DNA of 64,000 nucleotides from Myxococcales bacterium (GTDB taxonomy: Bacteria > Myxococcota_A > Polyangia > Polyangiales > DASUME01). Below are positions 20,182-29,806 of the stretch, piece by piece. The notes beneath the pieces are model-generated. The model was not told the origin of the DNA and searched no databases. It saw only the letters and a list, made by a program, of their open reading frames with translations. Every line of letters starts with the position of its first letter. Positions within the stretch are counted from its first letter, which is position 1. The stretch lies in contig JASGJH010000001.1 in the NCBI GenBank assembly GCA_047601445.1, forward strand, positions 6,784,001 through 6,848,000, written 5' to 3'. The position numbers were made by a program, and so were the translations under genes.

Positions 20182-21039
20182 TCACTTCGACAACAGGGCT
20201 GCCAGGTAGTCCAAGACAAAGATGCCGATGGCTGCGGCGACCACGGAGGCGTTCACCGCGCGCCCCACGCCAGGCGCACCGCCCCGGGTGCGCAGGCCGT
20301 AGTGGGACGAGGTCAGGGCGATGCCGACGCCGAAGACGAGAGACTTGAAGAAACCGTTCAAGAAGTCCCAGTGGTTGAGTAGCTCGAGAAAGCTGCTCAT
20401 GAAGCCTTGATAGCCGACATCGAGCAGGAGGGAGCTGCAGAGGATGGCGCCGATCAAGGCGACGAACGCGCCGATGATGTTGAGGGCCACCAGCGCGATG
20501 GTCATGGCGATCACACGTGGCAGGATCAGGTACGACAGGGGATCGATGGCAAGCGCGCGCAGGCCGTCGACTTGTTCGGTCACCACCATGGTGCCGAGCT
20601 CGGCCGTGTTGTTGGCGCCCACACGGCCGCTGAACATCAGCCCCACGAGCAACGGCGAGAGCTCGTTGAGCACGCCGAAGCCGGCGGCCCAGCCGATGAT
20701 CGCGCTGGCGCCGAAGCGGGTGACGACCGGTGCGGCTTGCAACACCAGGATCGCGCCGTTGAAGAGCGAGGTGAAGGCCACCACGCTCAACGAGCCGTTG
20801 GCCATCGAGAAGAGATGTCGCAAGATCTCGTGGCGGGGAAAGTCGAACACGAAGAAGCGCTTGCAGAGCTCGAACCACAGCATGAAGATGCCGCCGACGT
20901 GCTCGGCGACCTCGATCGTGAGGGCGCCCAACTGGGCAGCTCCTTCGAGCGCAGCGGAGCGCACGGGAACGGGCGTGGGTTGAGGATCCTGTGGGCGCTG
21001 CTCGGGAGATGCGCGCTCGCGGACGCTCGTGATGCTCAT
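20182..21039 (-). CDS. mlaE: MlaE/YrbE-family ABC lipid transporter permease
   Basis: ELSPLLVGLMFSGRVGA, AELGTMVVTEQVDGLRALAIDPLSYLILPR, GGAPGVGRAVNASVV. Confidence 0.92.
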   Translation of the reverse strand: MSITSVRERASPEQRPQDPQPTPVPVRSAALEGAAQLGALTIEVAEHVGGIFMLWFELCKRFFVFDFPRHEILRHLFSMANGSLSVVAFTSLFNGAILVLQAAPVVTRFGASAIIGWAAGFGVLNELSPLLVGLMFSGRVGANNTAELGTMVVTEQVDGLRALAIDPLSYLILPRVIAMTIALVALNIIGAFVALIGAILCSSLLLDVGYQGFMSSFLELLNHWDFLNGFFKSLVFGVGIALTSSHYGLRTRGGAPGVGRAVNASVVAAAIGIFVLDYLAALLSK

Positions 21040-21620
21040 GGCCGTGTGTTCGCGCAGAGCTTGAATATGTCGGAAGCTCCCTGGCCGCTCGGCTCGCTAC
21101 ACGTGTCGTCCTGATCGCAGTCGGTGTCGCAATAGCAATACTTGCGGCACTCGCCCTGTTTGCAGGTGAATCCGGTCGGGCACGTGGTGTAGAGGCCATT
21201 CTCGTCGCAGCCTGTGGCGAGCGCCGCGGAGGGGAACACGCAGCGGCCGGCGGCTGTCGGGGAGTCCGGATCCACCACACACTGGTTGATGCCTTGGGTG
21301 CAGTTGGTGCCCGTCACGGGGTCGCAGCCAGGCACGGGGGTTGCGGGCGAGCAGCTACCTTCATCGATGCCGCCATCATCGAGACCATCGTCCGCGGAAT
21401 CGCCACCGCCAACGACCCCGAGGGCGCCCTCGTCTCCGTCGCCGGATTCAGAGGGGTCGACCGACTCGTCGGTGGGGGAACCTTCGTCCGGAGTGCTGCC
21501 GCCATCGACCCGCGGATCGACCAGCTCGGTGGCGCTGCCACCCAGGCCGCCAAAGCGGCAGGCCGATACCAGCAGGAGGGCGCAGAGGAGGGATGCAGAG
21601 CGGAGCGAATGGGTCTTCAT
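21036..21620 (-). CDS. Cysteine-rich lipoprotein
   Basis: Lipobox VSAC, acidic linker, 14-Cys domain CDPVTGTNC...CRKYCYCDTDC; 4-bp overlaps with both neighbours. Confidence 0.8.
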   Translation of the reverse strand: MKTHSLRSASLLCALLLVSACRFGGLGGSATELVDPRVDGGSTPDEGSPTDESVDPSESGDGDEGALGVVGGGDSADDGLDDGGIDEGSCSPATPVPGCDPVTGTNCTQGINQCVVDPDSPTAAGRCVFPSAALATGCDENGLYTTCPTGFTCKQGECRKYCYCDTDCDQDDTCSEPSGQGASDIFKLCANTRP

Positions 21621-23131
21621 AGGTTCACCGACAGAGAGAGGCCGGCCGTCGCCACGAAGCCTCCGCTCGAGAAGCCCGGCCAGCCGGGGTTGTTGGTTTG
21701 AACGCCATGGGCGCCTGGGATGGGTTCGCCGCCGACTTGCCCGTCGTCCGGCACTTCGTCCTTCACGAGCGACGGCGTCCGGCTACGACCGTCGGGATAG
21801 GTTGGGGGCGTCAACTTGCGCACGGAGCGCTCGATCATCCACAGGAGCTGCGTCGCGAAGCCGACCTTCATCTGCGTCTCGAACACCTCGAAGCCGTACT
21901 CCAGGCTCAAGTTGGCGCCGACGCGATCGTTGTCGACGTAGTTGGTGCGGCCGAACTGGGGCGGCACCGGCGTCGGCTTGTACTGGAGGTCGAGGCCAGC
22001 ACCGAACGTACCGAACATGCCGCGTAGTCCCAGCGCGCCCGTGATGGTGTCTTGCCAACCGAGTCCAGGCAGCGGTCGCTCGGCATGCCGATCGATGTAC
22101 TGCGACCAACGCCCGTACACGGCGGAAGCCACCAAGGACACGGTGTTCTCGTCGCTCTGGACGAGATCGAAGGAGGTCCCCAGTGAGGCCTGCCACGGCA
22201 TCCAATCGAACACGAAGGTGAGGCCCGATCCCTGCTCCAACCCGCTCCCGAGCAGGAACTTGATATTGGCGGTCACGACTTGCTTCTGCGGCGCATGCAG
22301 GGTGCCCGTGATGCGCCAGCGCGGGAAGGGGCGGTACGAAAAGCCGCCGTGGGGTGCGAGTCCGATGTGGCCCTTGGCGTCGATGTTGATGGTGAGGTTC
22401 GTCAGGTCGTTCGCACTCGCCACGTACACGGGGGTGCTTGCCGGGGCCGTGATCACGAAGGTGGTGCCGAGCCCGAGCGAGAAGTCATCGGTGATGCGGA
22501 AGCCTGCTCCGGCCGCCATGGCGAGCGGCTCGAGGCGGTCGCTGTACATCTCGGGGTGCAAGCTGTTCGAGAGGTACTGCTCGCGCTCATCGACGTAGAA
22601 CGTGCTCAGGCGCAGGAAGTTCTTGTTGGGGATCAAGCCGTAGAAGCCCACCGATAGCCGCTGCTTGAAGAGCTGGGCGACGATGCCGATGGCCTCGTAG
22701 GTGAGCACATCGTGGCCACCGTTCTGGGCACCACGCGGGCGGGGCGCGGTGGCGGATTGCGAGGGAGTTTCGACGCGGCCGTGTTCGAGAATGTCGGTGC
22801 CCAAGGGATAGCCGTCCCAGGCATCGGCGTTGGCATGTCCTGCGCTGCTCAAGTCGTTGGGAACAGCGTTCGCAGCGTTCGTTCGCGCGCCGAGGTTCAC
22901 GTCGATGTGATCTCCGAGCACCAGAACTCCGGCGGTGATTCCCGAGGGCACATCGACGAGCAGCGCAGGATTGAAGTACGCCGCAGAGGCACCGTTCGAG
23001 GCTGCGCGCCCTTGCTGGCCACCGAGGTCGCCGAACGAGCCGGCTAGCTCGAGCAAGGGCGTGGCGCGCGCAGGCGTGCTGACGGCTGCCGACGCCAGCA
23101 GCAGGAGCGGGATGAGCTTTGGCGTGGACAT
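21617..23131 (-). CDS. Outer-membrane beta-barrel, FadL/OmpP1 (hydrophobic compound transporter)-like
   Basis: Signal peptide; N-terminal GRAAS...SAAYFNPALL hatch-like motif; amphipathic strands; C-terminal strand ATAGLSLSVNL. Confidence 0.7.
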   Translation of the reverse strand: MSTPKLIPLLLLASAAVSTPARATPLLELAGSFGDLGGQQGRAASNGASAAYFNPALLVDVPSGITAGVLVLGDHIDVNLGARTNAANAVPNDLSSAGHANADAWDGYPLGTDILEHGRVETPSQSATAPRPRGAQNGGHDVLTYEAIGIVAQLFKQRLSVGFYGLIPNKNFLRLSTFYVDEREQYLSNSLHPEMYSDRLEPLAMAAGAGFRITDDFSLGLGTTFVITAPASTPVYVASANDLTNLTINIDAKGHIGLAPHGGFSYRPFPRWRITGTLHAPQKQVVTANIKFLLGSGLEQGSGLTFVFDWMPWQASLGTSFDLVQSDENTVSLVASAVYGRWSQYIDRHAERPLPGLGWQDTITGALGLRGMFGTFGAGLDLQYKPTPVPPQFGRTNYVDNDRVGANLSLEYGFEVFETQMKVGFATQLLWMIERSVRKLTPPTYPDGRSRTPSLVKDEVPDDGQVGGEPIPGAHGVQTNNPGWPGFSSGGFVATAGLSLSVNL

Positions 23132-23132
23132 A

Positions 23133-24131
23133 CTACTTGTTGGCCTCTGGAGTGAGGGTCACCGCGAGCTTGCGCATCTCGGCGCAGATCTCCGAGTCGC
23201 TGCCCATGCCTTGGCTCTCGGAGAGCTTCGCGAGCTGAGCAAAGTGCAGGCTCTTGTCCGCGACCTTGGCGCCGGTGGCCTTGAGGATCTCGGAGCTCAC
23301 CTTGTAGACGACCTCCTCTTGGTTCCAGTCCATGGGCACGGTGAAGAGCGTGCCTTTCTTGGTGGCGGTGCCTGCGATCTCGAACCAGTTGCGAATCGAT
23401 TCGGCGCGCTTCCCACTGGCCACATCTCCCGAAACCGTGAGCGTCGAGCCGGGGTCGCCGTCCTTGTCCCAGTCTTCCCAGCCGGGTGAACCACTGCTGC
23501 CCATTTGCTCGAGCGGCGGTAGCGTGGTCTTCGGATCGCGAAAGTCTGGGGAGGCCCCCAGGACCGTGTAGACCCGCTTCATCTTGAGCGTGCAGGTGCT
23601 CGAGCCCGAGACCGTGCCGGTGGCGCCGGCCAGCGGGTTGTTGGCCAGGATCCCGGCGAAGCTGCTGTCCATGTTCACGGCGGCCGAGAGCGCGTCGATC
23701 TTCTTCACCGTCGTTCCGCAGACGAGTCCTTTGCTGATCTCGAGCTTGTCCCCGCTCTGCCCGAGCTCGAGGTAGAACCACCAGATGCCGGCCTGCTTCA
23801 CTTGCAGGCCTGCCGCGACCGAGCGCGTGGTCATGAGCCAGCGACCGGAGAAGTCGCAGTTGGAGTTGGGAGGTGTAGAGGAGCCTTTGCCGCCGTCGTG
23901 GTCCGCAGTGCCGGCATCGCTAAGATCGCTCGGCCCGGCGCCGTCGCCGTCTCCGTCGCCCGGCTCTGGCGTCTCGGTGGGATCGTCGTCGTCCGCTCCT
24001 GCGTCGTCCGCGACTACGTAGGAGGCATCGGTGAGGAAGATGTCGTCAGGGATGTCGGGGACCAGGCATCCAGCGGTACTCGCTCCCGCGACCGCCCACA
24101 GGCAAAGAAAGCAGCTCCTCGTGATCCGCAT
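23133..24131 (-). CDS. Hypothetical lipoprotein, first gene of the FadL-like operon
   Basis: Lipobox TAGC, Asp/Gly linker, beta-rich domain (CDFSGRW, WEDWDKDGDPGST). Confidence 0.78.
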   Translation of the reverse strand: MRITRSCFLCLWAVAGASTAGCLVPDIPDDIFLTDASYVVADDAGADDDDPTETPEPGDGDGDGAGPSDLSDAGTADHDGGKGSSTPPNSNCDFSGRWLMTTRSVAAGLQVKQAGIWWFYLELGQSGDKLEISKGLVCGTTVKKIDALSAAVNMDSSFAGILANNPLAGATGTVSGSSTCTLKMKRVYTVLGASPDFRDPKTTLPPLEQMGSSGSPGWEDWDKDGDPGSTLTVSGDVASGKRAESIRNWFEIAGTATKKGTLFTVPMDWNQEEVVYKVSSEILKATGAKVADKSLHFAQLAKLSESQGMGSDSEICAEMRKLAVTLTPEANK

Positions 24132-24302
24132 GCTCGGTGTAGGCCGAGCGCGCAGGAGACCCTTGGGAGTTTTTGCAGACCGAGATGCGATTTCCGTCCC
24201 TGATGCTGTGAGCTTGCCTACCGAGGTCGATTTCTTGGGGGCTCATGCCGAATTGCCCAATGGGCGCTGGCCCCAGCTGCCTTCACGCGTGGAGGACGAG
24301 AC

Positions 24303-25685
24303 ATGCTGCCGACCAAAGCGAGCGCAGAGAGCAAGCGGCTGGCCCCCGGGCCGAGGGAATGGCCTCTGTTGGGGAACTTGGGCGCGATGCGGGGCCTGTT
24401 GCCGTTCCTCGAGTCTCAGTGGGCCGCGCATGGTGATGCCTTTCGGATCCGGCTTGCGGGCTTCCGAGCCTTGATGGTCGCCCACCCGGACAGCATTCAG
24501 CGTGTACTGGTGGCCAACCGACACAACTACGTGAAAGGCGCGGCCTACGATGGCACGCGCCGCATCCTGGGGGAGAGCCTGGTCACGTTGGACGGTGAAG
24601 CCTGGAAGGAACGGCGTTCGCTGGCCCAACCTGCGTTTCATCGTCAGGCCCTGGAGAAACTCGCGGCCATCATGGTGGAGAGCGGCGCGCGCTTCTTCGA
24701 CGCCCTCGATGAAAGGCTCGGTCAGGAGGGAGCCGTGGTCGACGTGCACGAGGAGATGGTGCGGCTGACCCTCGACGTGGTGATCAGCGCACTGTTCGGG
24801 CGCGGCACCATCGAGAACAGTGAGATCTCCTACGAGGCGCTGGGGCAGACGCTGGAATTGCTGAGTGTCGGAGCGAACGGTGCGCAGCTCCCGCCCTGGG
24901 TGCCCACGCCTCGCAACTTGCGCTTTCACCGCACCGTACGGGCGCTCGACGCCAACGTGTACAAGATCATCGAGACCGGGCGTGCTCAGAACGCCGAAGG
25001 CACGTTGCTCTCGATGCTGCTCGCCAGCCGCGACGAAAACGGTCAGCCCCTCTCGGACAAAGCGCTGCGCGACGAGGTGATCACGCTGTTTTTGGCTGGG
25101 CACGAGACCACGGCACTCACCTTGAGCTGGATGTTCGTGCTGCTCGAGCAGGAGCGCGAGGTCATCGCCCGCATGCGCAGCGAGGTCGATAGTGTGCTCG
25201 GAGGACGCGAGCCCGGCTTCGCCGACGTCCCGAAGCTCGCTTACCTGCGCCAGGTCATCGACGAGACCCTGCGTCTGCGGCCCCCGGCGGCGATGGTGGC
25301 GCGCAATGCCATTGCCGAGGACGTCTTGGGCGGGTTCTACGTGGGCGGGGGCGAATGCGTGGTGCCCTTCATTTGGGCTGCCCATCGTCATCCGGACTAC
25401 TGGCAGGACCCGCTGCGCTTCGACCCGGAGCGCTTCACGGCCGCGGCCAGCAAGGGACGCCACACGAGCAGCTATCTCCCCTTCTCGGGCGGGCCGCGCA
25501 TCTGCATCGGCAATACCTTCTCCCTGGTCGAGACGGTGCTCTTGGTCGCTCAAATGTTCAGTCGCTTCGACATGGAGATCCTCTCCTGCGCGGACGTAAA
25601 GCCCGTGGCGATCGGCACCGTGCGCCCGTCGCATCCGGTGCGTGTGCGGCTCTCCCGACGTCGTCGCCCCTTGCGGGTGGCCTGA
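24303..25685 (+). CDS. Cytochrome P450
   Basis: I-helix AGHETT, ETLR, FDPERF, heme motif FSGGPRICIG. Confidence 0.97.
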   Translation: MLPTKASAESKRLAPGPREWPLLGNLGAMRGLLPFLESQWAAHGDAFRIRLAGFRALMVAHPDSIQRVLVANRHNYVKGAAYDGTRRILGESLVTLDGEAWKERRSLAQPAFHRQALEKLAAIMVESGARFFDALDERLGQEGAVVDVHEEMVRLTLDVVISALFGRGTIENSEISYEALGQTLELLSVGANGAQLPPWVPTPRNLRFHRTVRALDANVYKIIETGRAQNAEGTLLSMLLASRDENGQPLSDKALRDEVITLFLAGHETTALTLSWMFVLLEQEREVIARMRSEVDSVLGGREPGFADVPKLAYLRQVIDETLRLRPPAAMVARNAIAEDVLGGFYVGGGECVVPFIWAAHRHPDYWQDPLRFDPERFTAAASKGRHTSSYLPFSGGPRICIGNTFSLVETVLLVAQMFSRFDMEILSCADVKPVAIGTVRPSHPVRVRLSRRRRPLRVA

Positions 25686-25757
25686 GCGGCAAGTACTTGG
25701 CCGTCCCCGGCCGGTCGGGGACGCGTATAGTCAGCCCAAATTTCCACTCGAGTGTGC

Positions 25758-26684
25758 ATGTCCCCGAGGTCTTCCCTTCTGCAACCGAGGCTGTCCGCGC
25801 TGGCGGCGGCCACCGGGTTCGTCCTTTTGGCCTGCGAGTCCGCGGCCGGTCCGAAGCTTCCGCCGCTCGAAGGGCCGGGAGCCGCTCCCGCCCCCGTGAT
25901 CGCGGTGCCGGCGATCGCCCGCGACGACGAGCAAGCGGCCGATTCTGCCCACGCCAGCACGGGTACCCTCCGCGCCAAGGAGATGGCGGCCATCGGTCCC
26001 AAAGAGGCGGGGGTCATCACGAGCTTGCCGGTCGCCGAAGGGGATCGGGTTCGCAAGGGGCAGCTGCTCTTCCGCCTGGACTCCGCCCAAGTGGAGCTCG
26101 CCATCGAGCAGGCCAAGGCTGCGCTTGCCTCCGCCAAGGTCCAAGCCGACTCGGCGCAGACGCTGTTCGATCGCGTGAAGGCGCTGCGAGAGCGCGGGGC
26201 GGCCACGCCCGATGCCTACGACCAGGCCAAGGCGCAGGTCGATAGCGCGCGCAGTCTCGAGGTGCAGGCGCAAGCATCGCTCGATTTGGCCGCGCACCGC
26301 CTCAACAACATGTCGGTGAGTTCACCCATCGACGGCATCGTCACCGAGAAGCGCATGAACCTGGGGGAGAGCGCGACGCTGATGCCCCCCTCGGTGGTGC
26401 TGGTGATTCAGAACGTGGACATGCTCGAGCTGCGGGCGCGCCTGCCCGAGGCCGCCCTCGCGGTCGTCAAGGTCGGCAGCACGGTCAGCGCGCTCTTTCC
26501 TGCCATCGGCATCAAGCGTGACGTCCAGATCAAGCGTCTCGCTCCGACCGTGGACCCACGCAGTCGGACCATCGAGATCATCGGCGACGTGCCGAACCGC
26601 GACCATCGCTTGCTGGCGGGCATGCTGGTGGAAGTGGCCTATGGGCCAGAAGCAGGCGAGCAGCAGGCGAAAGCGACGCCATGA
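25758..26684 (+). CDS. RND efflux periplasmic adaptor (MFP) subunit
   Basis: Lipobox LLAC; VAEGDRVRKGQLLFRLD, coiled coil, SPIDGIV, PTVDPRSRT, LLAGM. Confidence 0.93.
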   Translation: MSPRSSLLQPRLSALAAATGFVLLACESAAGPKLPPLEGPGAAPAPVIAVPAIARDDEQAADSAHASTGTLRAKEMAAIGPKEAGVITSLPVAEGDRVRKGQLLFRLDSAQVELAIEQAKAALASAKVQADSAQTLFDRVKALRERGAATPDAYDQAKAQVDSARSLEVQAQASLDLAAHRLNNMSVSSPIDGIVTEKRMNLGESATLMPPSVVLVIQNVDMLELRARLPEAALAVVKVGSTVSALFPAIGIKRDVQIKRLAPTVDPRSRTIEIIGDVPNRDHRLLAGMLVEVAYGPEAGEQQAKATP

Positions 26685-29600
26685 GGCCGGCCGACGTCTT
26701 CATCCGGCGGCCTGTGTTCGCGGTCATGCTGGTCGCGGCGCTCGTGGTGTTGGGGCTGGTGAGCTATCCGCGCATCGGCGTGGACCTCTTCCCCGACGTG
26801 GAGTACCCGGTGGTCACCGTGGTGGTCACCTACCCGGGGGCCGATCCGGAGACCATGGAGAGCAAGGTGGCCGACCCGATCGAGGAGGCCATCAACTCTC
26901 TGGCGGGCATCAAGGCGCTGCGCTCGACCAACATGGAGGGCACCACCCAGGTGACCGTCGAGTTCGAGCTCGACGCGGAGCTCTCCATCGATCGCGCGGT
27001 CCAGGAGATTCGCGATCGGGTCTCCGCGATTCAGAACGACTTGCCCGACGGCATCGACCCGCCCGTCGTGCAGAAGTTCGACGTGGGAGCGGCGCCGATT
27101 ATGAGCATCGCGCTCGCGGGAAAGCTGGACGCGCGCGCACTCACGACGCTCGCGGAGAAGGTCGTCAAGGAGCGCATTCAGCGTGTGCCTGGGGTCGGCG
27201 GCGTGGAGCTGATCGGCGGCCGCGACCGCGAGATCCACGTGGCTGTGGATGCGGGCAAGTTGAGCGGACTCGGCTTGACGGTTCAGGACGTGGCCGACGC
27301 CATCCGCGCCCAGAACGTGTCTTTGCCAGCCGGAACCTTCGACCGCGACGTCCGCGAGATCACGGCCAAGACCCGCGGCGACGTGAAGACGGCCCGGGAG
27401 GTCTCGGAGATCCTGCTGCCAGGTACCCAGGGCGGCGGCGTGCGCGTGGGCGACGTGGCGAGCGTGCTCGACGCCATGGAACGGGCAGACTCGAGCAGTG
27501 CCCTCGATGGTCGCACGGCGATCGCGCTGTTCGTGCGCAAGCAGTCGGGGGCGAACACGGTGGCCGTTTCGGGGGCCGTGCGGCAAGCGTTAGCCGAGCT
27601 CGAGCCGAGGATCACCCGCGAGGGCGCGAGCCTGGCCGTCCCCACCGATGACTCGACCTACATCAAGCACTCGATCCGGGACGTGCAGTTCGATCTGGTG
27701 TTCGGCGGGTTGCTCGCAGCGGCCATCATCCTGCTGTTCTTGCGCGACTGGCGTGCGACGCTGATCAGCGCGGTGGCCATCCCCACCAGCGTGGTGGGTA
27801 CCTTCGCCTTCATGAACTGGCTGGGCTTCACCTTCAACAATATGACCATGTTGGCGCTCTCGCTCTCGATTGGGGTGCTCATCGATGACGCCATCGTGGT
27901 GATCGAGAACATCCATCGCCACCTCGAGCGAGGCAACTCGCCGGCCAAGGCCGCTTCCGACGGAGCTGCGCAGATCTTCCTGGCGGTGCTCGCGACCACC
28001 TCGTCGATCGTGGCGGTGTTCGTGCCGGTCGCGACCATGCGCGGCATCGTCGGACGCTTCTTCTATCAGTTCGGCATCACGGTGTCCGTGGCGGTGACCC
28101 TGTCGATGCTGGTGTCCTTCACGCTCACGCCCATGCTCAGTTCGCGCTTCCTGGGGACAGCCCATGGCGCGCCTCCGAGTCGCCTGGGCCGTGGCCTCGA
28201 GGTCGTGCTGCGCGCCATGGATCAACGCTACGGTCGGGTCGTCGGCTGGGCGCTCGATCACCGCGTCTTCACGCTGGCCGTGGCGGCGCTGGCTCTCACT
28301 GCATCCCTGGCGACGGCGCGGCGTTTGCGCACCGAGTACATGCCCTCGGAGGATCGCGCGCAGCTCAACTTGCAGATCGAGCTCGCCTCGGGCAGTTCCC
28401 TCGCAGCGACCACCGCGGTCACCGAAGCGGTGGCGACGGACCTGCGCAAGCACGTGCCCGGCGTGGCGCACACGTTCGCCACGGTGGGGGCAGGCAGCCA
28501 GGGACGCCGCAACGTCGGTGAAATCCAGCTGACCCTGGTGCCGAGCAAACAACGCGCGTTCCACCAGGATCAGCTCATGGTCTGGCTGCGCCAACGCCTC
28601 GGCAGGGTGGCCAACGCGCGGATCACCGTGCAGTCGATTCCGCCCATGGGTGGTCAGGCCTCCCGTGCGCAGCCGATTCAGTTCTTCGTGCGCGGGCCCG
28701 ATATCGACGAGCTGGTGAGGAGCACGGACGGGCTCGAGGCCGAGCTGTCTCGCATCAAGGGCTTCGTGGACCTCGACACCACCTACCGCGGCGGCAAGCC
28801 CGAGCTCGCGATCCACATCGACCGCGGTGCGGCCGCTAGCCTAGGCGTGTCGGTCGCCGACGTGGCCAACACCGTGCGCATCCTGATGGCAGGTAGTCCG
28901 GTCAGCGAGATCAAGGACGGCGTGGAGACCCACGACATCGTGGTGCAGCTCTCCGACGTCGACCGCCAGAAAGTGGAATCCCTGGCCAACATGCAGGTGC
29001 GCTCCGCGAGCGGTCTCTTGGTCGACTTGAGCAACATCGTGCACGTGCGCCACGGCCAGGGGCCGAGTCAGATCGAGCGCGAGGCCCGTCAACGCCAGAT
29101 CACACTGCTCGCAGGACTCGAGGGCCTGACCCTGGGCGAGGCCTCCAAGCTCGTGCAAGACACCGCACGGCGCGTGGTGCCGGGCGCCCTGGTCACCGGA
29201 TTTGCGGGACTCGCCGAGACCATGAACGAGAGCTTCGTGGCGATGGGTGTGTCGCTGCTCTTGGCCGTGGTCTTCGTGTACATGATCCTGGCGGCCCAGT
29301 TCGATAGCTTCGTGCAGCCGCTCGTGATCATGCTGTCGCTGCCGTTCTCGCTGGTGGGGGCCTTCGGAGCGCTGCATCTGGCGGGTCAGACGCTGAACGT
29401 GTTCTCCATGATCGGCGTGATCATGTTGATGGGCCTCGTGACCAAGAACGCCATCTTGCTGGTGGACTTTGCCAATCAGCAGCGCGCGGGGTCCGCTGAC
29501 TTGAAGCGCGTGCTGATCGACGCGGGCGTGGCGCGCCTACGCCCGATCGTCATGACCACCGCGGCGATGGTGTTCGGCATGATCCCCGTGGCCGCAGCGT

Positions 29601-29806
29601 GGAGCGAGGGCGGCGAGGTGCGTGCGCCGATGGCCATCTGCGTGATCGGCGGCCTCTTGACGTCGATGGTGCTGACGTTGGTGGTGGTGCCGGTCGCCTA
29701 CTCGTTGACGGAATCGATGCTGCACACGAGGCCGGCCCTGTGGCTCAAGGCGCGCGCGGTGGGCGCGCGGGGTGCCGAGGCAGAGATCGAAGGGAGTGCG
29801 CAGTGA
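26681..29806 (+). CDS. RND efflux permease (AcrB/HAE1 family), copy 1
   Basis: [46 protein letters not shown]. Confidence 0.96.
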   Translation: MRPADVFIRRPVFAVMLVAALVVLGLVSYPRIGVDLFPDVEYPVVTVVVTYPGADPETMESKVADPIEEAINSLAGIKALRSTNMEGTTQVTVEFELDAELSIDRAVQEIRDRVSAIQNDLPDGIDPPVVQKFDVGAAPIMSIALAGKLDARALTTLAEKVVKERIQRVPGVGGVELIGGRDREIHVAVDAGKLSGLGLTVQDVADAIRAQNVSLPAGTFDRDVREITAKTRGDVKTAREVSEILLPGTQGGGVRVGDVASVLDAMERADSSSALDGRTAIALFVRKQSGANTVAVSGAVRQALAELEPRITREGASLAVPTDDSTYIKHSIRDVQFDLVFGGLLAAAIILLFLRDWRATLISAVAIPTSVVGTFAFMNWLGFTFNNMTMLALSLSIGVLIDDAIVVIENIHRHLERGNSPAKAASDGAAQIFLAVLATTSSIVAVFVPVATMRGIVGRFFYQFGITVSVAVTLSMLVSFTLTPMLSSRFLGTAHGAPPSRLGRGLEVVLRAMDQRYGRVVGWALDHRVFTLAVAALALTASLATARRLRTEYMPSEDRAQLNLQIELASGSSLAATTAVTEAVATDLRKHVPGVAHTFATVGAGSQGRRNVGEIQLTLVPSKQRAFHQDQLMVWLRQRLGRVANARITVQSIPPMGGQASRAQPIQFFVRGPDIDELVRSTDGLEAELSRIKGFVDLDTTYRGGKPELAIHIDRGAAASLGVSVADVANTVRILMAGSPVSEIKDGVETHDIVVQLSDVDRQKVESLANMQVRSASGLLVDLSNIVHVRHGQGPSQIEREARQRQITLLAGLEGLTLGEASKLVQDTARRVVPGALVTGFAGLAETMNESFVAMGVSLLLAVVFVYMILAAQFDSFVQPLVIMLSLPFSLVGAFGALHLAGQTLNVFSMIGVIMLMGLVTKNAILLVDFANQQRAGSADLKRVLIDAGVARLRPIVMTTAAMVFGMIPVAAAWSEGGEVRAPMAICVIGGLLTSMVLTLVVVPVAYSLTESMLHTRPALWLKARAVGARGAEAEIEGSAQ

